Positions 43,661-48,435 of a stretch of DNA of 48,435 nucleotides are shown piece by piece; the first letter of the stretch is position 1; each line of letters begins with the position of its first letter. Made by a program: the position numbers and the translations under genes. The DNA is from a virus. Lineage: Duplodnaviria; Caudoviricetes. The notes under the pieces were generated by a model that did no database searches, was not told the DNA's origin, and saw only the letters and a list, made by a program, of their open reading frames with translations. The stretch lies in IMG/VR virus record IMGVR_UViG_3300006851_000001, positions 1 through 48,435 of that record, one strand, 5' to 3'.

Positions 43661-44416
43661 ATGGTCAAAGGGAAGAGGATAGTGGTTTGGTTTAGCTGTG
43701 GGGCCGCGAGCGCCGTTGCGGCAAAATTGACGTTGGAAAAATATGGAGAAGGGAATGAGGTGAGAGTGGTCAACCAGCCTATCGCGGAAGAGCACCCAGA
43801 TAACCGAAGATTCTTAGAAGATGTTTCTAAATGGTTAGGTCAGGAGATAGAAATATCCCTGAATCCAAAATACCCTGACGCCTCTTGCGTAGAAGTGTGG
43901 GAGGACCGGAAGTTCATGAGCAGTCCACATGGAGCGCCGTGCACTTTAGAGTTGAAGAAGAACGCCAGAATTGAGTGGGAGAAGGAGAACTCCCCGGACT
44001 TCCATGTTCTGGGGTTCACCAAAGAAGAACAGTCGCGGTCGGAGAGGTTCAGGAGGTTTGAGAGAGAGAACCTTCTTGAGGTCCTCATCGAAGAAGGACT
44101 CACTAAACAAGATTGCTTCGACAAAATCGAAGAGGCGGGGATAGAGCTGCCTGAAATCTACAAAAAAGGGTTCCCCAACGCTAACTGTATCGGGTGCGTC
44201 AAGGCATCCAGCCCCACTTACTGGAATTTGGTAAGGGAGAAATTCCCTGAAGAATTTGAAGCGAGAGCCTCCCAGTCGAGGAGGATAGGGGCTCGGTTAG
44301 TGAGGGTTAAAGGGGAGAGAATTTTCTTAGACGAACTGGACCCGGAGGCGAAGGGGATGCCCTTGAAAAAGTTCGAAATCGACTGCGGGATTTTTTGCGA
44401 AGAAAAGGAGGGATAG
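43661..44416 (+). CDS. PAPS-reductase/PP-loop family protein with a Cys-rich C-terminus
   Basis: VVWFSCGAASAVA (PP-loop variant), EHPDNRRF, GAPCTLELK, NANCIGCVKA and DCGIFCE. Confidence 0.8.
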   Translation: MVKGKRIVVWFSCGAASAVAAKLTLEKYGEGNEVRVVNQPIAEEHPDNRRFLEDVSKWLGQEIEISLNPKYPDASCVEVWEDRKFMSSPHGAPCTLELKKNARIEWEKENSPDFHVLGFTKEEQSRSERFRRFERENLLEVLIEEGLTKQDCFDKIEEAGIELPEIYKKGFPNANCIGCVKASSPTYWNLVREKFPEEFEARASQSRRIGARLVRVKGERIFLDELDPEAKGMPLKKFEIDCGIFCEEKEG

Positions 44417-44418
44417 TC

Positions 44419-44889
44419 GTGGAGAAATTCATAGTGCAATGGTCTGAACTGGGAAGCACCAAGTGGCATTCTATAGGAACGTTCACTCGGGTAGAGGATG
44501 CGATTAAAGAAGCCTCGGAGTTCATATCTAAACGGGTGTATCTGAGAATACAAAGCGCGGTGAGAGTGCGCGTAGGGGTAGACGGAACTTACGCGACTGT
44601 GTTCAGAGCGTCGTCGCGGCTCCCACTCGGGTACCTAGAATATATAAGGAAGGCGAGTCTGTCGGGGCCCAAGTGCAGGCATATCGAGGAAGGCGACGAG
44701 GTGTACTGCGTGGAGTGCGCGCGACGCTGGGGTGTCACTGAGAAAATCGAATGCGGAGAGGGGCAGGCCAAGAAAGTATGTTACCAATGCGAATCGAAGG
44801 TGCACTACCTGTTCGACGACGGGCGGTGCGGGAAGTGCACTAGGCTCTCACCAGAAGAAGTGAAAGGAGAAGAGGAGAATTTGTCATGA
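44419..44889 (+). CDS. Zinc-ribbon-containing hypothetical protein
   Basis: GTG at 44419 follows GGAGG; CVEC, CYQC and CGKC pairs. Confidence 0.65.
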   Translation: MEKFIVQWSELGSTKWHSIGTFTRVEDAIKEASEFISKRVYLRIQSAVRVRVGVDGTYATVFRASSRLPLGYLEYIRKASLSGPKCRHIEEGDEVYCVECARRWGVTEKIECGEGQAKKVCYQCESKVHYLFDDGRCGKCTRLSPEEVKGEEENLS

Positions 44890-45515
44890 AAATTAAAGGG
44901 CTATATAAGTACAAGGAGCACGTACCTCTGCTTCTTGCTAAGTTCATTGAGTCTACGTTCGAGACTCAGGAAAGGAGCGATGTTGAAAAAGTGCTCTATG
45001 TTTCGCACCGAGATACCTACCAAGAGTACCTAAGAGCGAGGACCGCCGCAGCGAGGCTACTCTACCTCTGCGGGCGAGAGTTCCAAGAGAACGTGGCGAC
45101 AGTGTACAGTAGTGACTGGCTTTACGATAAATCACGGTGGGACTCGTGGCTGAGGGCGCTCCCCATCCCCGTGGAAGGACTACGACCCGCGATAGTGATT
45201 GATGGCGGGTCCCACATCCCCCTAGAGCAACTGATGAGCTATGGGGGAGGGGTGATTGTGCTCTTCAGCCACCCGCACTCCATGCCAGTGTGGGAGGTTG
45301 ACTCAATTTCACTAGAAGCATTGGAGGACGCGCTCAAAGGGATGGAACGAGACGTCATCACCCGTGGGAGAGAAGCGGAAGCGGCGAGTTTCAGGGCGAG
45401 GTTCCGCTTGTTCTGGGAAGCCGAACGGAAAATAGAACGGGACCTCGCGCTTCCTCTTAGTATGTATAAGGAAATCATGCACCAAGAGTTGGCGGAGCAG
45501 GGGGCGCAGGACTAA
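44886..45515 (+). CDS. Hypothetical protein
   Basis: GAGGAG RBS and ATGA overlap. Confidence 0.7.
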   Translation: MKIKGLYKYKEHVPLLLAKFIESTFETQERSDVEKVLYVSHRDTYQEYLRARTAAARLLYLCGREFQENVATVYSSDWLYDKSRWDSWLRALPIPVEGLRPAIVIDGGSHIPLEQLMSYGGGVIVLFSHPHSMPVWEVDSISLEALEDALKGMERDVITRGREAEAASFRARFRLFWEAERKIERDLALPLSMYKEIMHQELAEQGAQD

Positions 45516-45594
45516 ATCGCAGAGGTCGTTGAATAAAAGGCAACACGAGAGTATTGTAGGGGGTCCCTTGAGGCCCCTTTGAAGGAGAAAAAAG

Positions 45595-45855
45595 ATGTCT
45601 GCATTGTTGAAGATTTTCGAAGCAAACGGAGACTCATACCGAGCGGCCGCTGCTCGCCTCGGCTACGACCAAGGATATTTGCATCGGATATGTAACGGAG
45701 CGCCCCTCTCTGCGAAGTTGGCGATGAGAGTGAACGAGGCGTACGACCTCACCGAAAAACAAAAAGTTGCCCTGTTTCGAGAGATAAAAACCATCAGCAA
45801 CCTTGATGAAAATCTGATGGCCTCTCTCGGCGAAAGATTTGCTGAGCTAGTTTAG
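45595..45855 (+). CDS. Cro/Xre-like HTH DNA-binding protein
   Basis: SYRAAAARLGYDQGYLHRICNG.PLS.KLA HTH pattern, directly upstream of the primase-helicase. Confidence 0.75.
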   Translation: MSALLKIFEANGDSYRAAAARLGYDQGYLHRICNGAPLSAKLAMRVNEAYDLTEKQKVALFREIKTISNLDENLMASLGERFAELV

Positions 45856-45867
45856 CCGGAGAGCGCC

Positions 45868-48435
45868 ATGCAAGTAGATAACGCTACGTTTTTACGGGCC
45901 ATCTTCGGGGGGCAAGCCCGCCGGGCTCACGTCACCTCATTCGACATGGACCCCGGGAACATACCCAACGAACAACGAGGTCTCGCGTGGGGTGGGCACT
46001 CATTTATGGCTCGCCAGATGAGAGGCAAGAATCAGTACTTCACCATTAGTCTTTTCCGTGCGGACGAGGACGGCAAGAGTCGTCGTCGGAAAAATCTATT
46101 CGAAGCAACGTACTGCATCGTACTCGACGACGTTCGTGAAAAGCTATCAGAAGTGAAGGCCCGATGGCTACCTCACCCGTCGTGGATTCTCGAAACCAGC
46201 CCGGGCTCAGAGCAGTGGGGGTATATCCTCGAGACTCCCGAGACGGACAGACTACGGGTAGAGAATCTGCAAGACGGGCTGGTGTCCAATGGTCTAAGTC
46301 CCGACGGAACCGACCCCGGAATGAAGGGCGTGACACGTTACGTGCGCCTGCCTGAAGGGTACAACACCAAGGCGAATAAGTTCCTCTTTGGGAAGCCATA
46401 TAAATGTACCATGCTCCGTTGGAACCCCAACAATCGTACGACTCTTGAGGCGCTAGCGAAGCCGTTCGGGATTGACCTGAATGCGCCACGCAGAGACACT
46501 GCAATTGACGGAGCGACAGACGTTCCTGACCACCCTCTGCTGCACATCCCCGAAGCACTCTCGGTGAAGAGTATCCTCTCGGACGGACGGTTCGACGTGA
46601 CTTGCCCGTGGGTAATGGGACACACAGACGCTCTGGACGACGGGGCTGCGGTCTTTACTAACAAAGACGGCACCATCGGATTCAAGTGTCACCACGGGAG
46701 CTGCCAAGGTAGAACAGGGAAGCACCTACTGGAGCACATCGAATCTTTCCGCCCGGGGTTCACCAAGAACTTCGATACGTGGCGGGTGATGCGAGGTTTC
46801 GGGAAGCTGGTAGAGGCAGAGGCGCCCGAGCCGGAGTATGTGAGGCCCGCTCCTAACTTCCTCGAAGACGTCAAGCCCTCCGCTCCTGCGACAGTGGAGC
46901 CGGAGAGCAATGAGCCCATTCAGGAAGCGATTGATGCCCTGAGGAGAGAGCACCCCACCAGCAGAGAAGCCAAAGACTTAGTCTCTAAGATTCTCTATCT
47001 GGCAGAAAGCCTCCCCACTCTAGACCAAGTGCACCTTCACGACGAAGTGATGGACGCGATGGGGTGGACGAAAACACAATTCGACCGAATCTTTAAGGGG
47101 TTGAGGTCGGAGTGGTACCTCGGTGACAAGAAGAGAAAAGAGTTCTACGAGAACGTATTGTTTGTGAAAGAGCTCAACCAATTCTACGACTTCACCACTC
47201 GAACATTCATGACGGTGGAGGGGTTTACTAACGCGAACCTACACGAGGACCCTGACGTCAGGAAGACTGCGTTGCAGGACGGATTCGTTCAGAAGGTAGA
47301 TAGGCTGGACTACGTCCCCGGGAAGGACCGAGTCTTCGAAGAGAGAGGCATCGTCTTTGGGAATATGTACTACGGAGACAACCATCCACAAGGGATAGAA
47401 GGAGATGCGGGGCCTTGGCTCAGGCACTTCGACGTCCTCGGGTGGGGGCCATACAGAGAGCACATCCTAAAGTTCATGGCGTTCACAATTCTTCACCCAG
47501 AGATAAAAATAAACCACATGATAATCATGGGGTCCCGGGAGGGGTCTGGAAAGGACTTCCTTCTCCACCCGTTGCTATACGCGATGGGCGAAGACGCAAA
47601 GGTTATCGAAGGCGACGCCCTTACCGAGAACTATACGGGCTACCTCAACGGGGTGAAGTACCTGCACGTGAATGAAGTTGAGCTCGGGGACAGAAGAGAA
47701 GCGATGGCGATAGCCAACAAGCTGAAGCCCATCGCATCCGCTCCGCCAGAAATGCTGAGAGTGAGAGAGCTGTTCACAAAGCCTTTCTGGGTGAGGAACC
47801 TAGTCAATGGCACCATGACCACCAACAGTAGACTTCCTCTGCGCCTGCAAGAGACTCGACGGTTCTTTGCACTATGGTCGGACCTCCAAATCCGCGGGGC
47901 GGATGGGAACGTCACCCCAGAGTGGAGCCACTACTGGCAAACAATGTGGGAGTGGATGGAGAAGGGAGGACGGGACTACTGTGTGTGGTATCTACGGAAC
48001 TGCGTAGACCTATCTGACTTCAGACCCGGGGCACCACCTCCCGTCACTGACTTCTTGAGAGAGATTCAGGACGAGAGCACCCACCCCATACAGAAGACGA
48101 TACGTGAGTTCATCGAATACAGGTACGGCGTGTTCGCAGCAGACCTAGTCACTGCGCGCGACATGGCGAACACCTTGAAAGCAGGAAATCTCGTGGCGCC
48201 AGACTCGATGTACGCAGACGCAGATGACTTCTCGATGCACCGAGTGACAAGTCATCTGCGTGACATGGGCATCCCTCGCGTGGTGGCCAAGAACAGATAC
48301 AGCACAGCACGTCTCTACTTGGTGAGGAACGCAGAGAGATACAAGGAAGTCCCTCCGTCTCAGCTTTACGAAATGTACCTGAGCCAACACGAGAAGATAC
48401 GAGAAAATAATTCTAGCAAAATAGTTGACATCAAG
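45868..48435 (+). CDS. DNA primase-helicase (RepB-type primase N-terminus plus SF3/D5-like helicase), about 859 aa; continues across the junction to TGA at 133-135
   Basis: Not in the ORF track. ATG at 45868 follows GGAGAG. Translation begins MQVDNATFLRAIFGG and includes YCIVLDDV and WILETSPGSEQWGY (RepB primase-like), CPWVMGH...FKCHHGSC (Zn motif), GSREGSGKD (Walker A) and LHVNEV (Walker B). After the wrap it ends KIVDIKKTV*. Confidence 0.9.
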   Translation, partial: MQVDNATFLRAIFGGQARRAHVTSFDMDPGNIPNEQRGLAWGGHSFMARQMRGKNQYFTISLFRADEDGKSRRRKNLFEATYCIVLDDVREKLSEVKARWLPHPSWILETSPGSEQWGYILETPETDRLRVENLQDGLVSNGLSPDGTDPGMKGVTRYVRLPEGYNTKANKFLFGKPYKCTMLRWNPNNRTTLEALAKPFGIDLNAPRRDTAIDGATDVPDHPLLHIPEALSVKSILSDGRFDVTCPWVMGHTDALDDGAAVFTNKDGTIGFKCHHGSCQGRTGKHLLEHIESFRPGFTKNFDTWRVMRGFGKLVEAEAPEPEYVRPAPNFLEDVKPSAPATVEPESNEPIQEAIDALRREHPTSREAKDLVSKILYLAESLPTLDQVHLHDEVMDAMGWTKTQFDRIFKGLRSEWYLGDKKRKEFYENVLFVKELNQFYDFTTRTFMTVEGFTNANLHEDPDVRKTALQDGFVQKVDRLDYVPGKDRVFEERGIVFGNMYYGDNHPQGIEGDAGPWLRHFDVLGWGPYREHILKFMAFTILHPEIKINHMIIMGSREGSGKDFLLHPLLYAMGEDAKVIEGDALTENYTGYLNGVKYLHVNEVELGDRREAMAIANKLKPIASAPPEMLRVRELFTKPFWVRNLVNGTMTTNSRLPLRLQETRRFFALWSDLQIRGADGNVTPEWSHYWQTMWEWMEKGGRDYCVWYLRNCVDLSDFRPGAPPPVTDFLREIQDESTHPIQKTIREFIEYRYGVFAADLVTARDMANTLKAGNLVAPDSMYADADDFSMHRVTSHLRDMGIPRVVAKNRYSTARLYLVRNAERYKEVPPSQLYEMYLSQHEKIRENNSSKIVDIK
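48313..48435. repeat. Direct terminal repeat (copy of 1-123)
   Basis: Exact match to the window start. Confidence 0.97.

Noticed and set aside
46046-48390. Short ORFs listed in the track in this interval
   Set aside because: All overlap the long primase-helicase frame starting at 45868.

Overview
The window is a complete, circularly permuted genome of about 48.3 kb (the first 123 bp recur exactly at 48313-48435). It is a short-tailed dsDNA phage of a Gram-negative host, probably a Proteobacterium. The minus strand (7625-36956) carries a BPP-1/epsilon15-like virion module: TerS, TerL, portal, scaffold, major capsid, cement, tail tubes A/B, ejection proteins, a 3213-aa polyvalent protein, tail/receptor proteins and a lysis cassette. 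The plus strand carries early genes (38124-45855), a primase-helicase that crosses the window junction and is absent from the ORF track (45868->135), and an APSE-type replication module (DUF2800 nuclease, SSB, family A polymerase, VRR-NUC, SNF2 helicase). I saw no integrase, RNA polymerase, reverse transcriptase or tRNA. Main observations: (1) the giant injected protein stacks GNAT, CmoA-like SAM-binding, HDxxGH, zincin and ADP-ribosyltransferase domains; (2) three unrelated DNA-processing proteins (nuclease, helicase, TerS) all end in -ISFL, a possible clamp or hub docking tag; (3) a 1-kb non-coding hub holds five IHF-consensus sites phased at about 54 bp, iteron-like hairpins and an AT-rich core; (4) a promoter/operator cassette with tandem TGAC-N6-GTCA palindromes is repeated in the early region; (5) tail-region proteins carry DUF285, FIVAR and DUF4882-like modules; (6) GATC and CCWGG appear to be avoided. 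All family assignments come from motif recognition by eye, not database searches.
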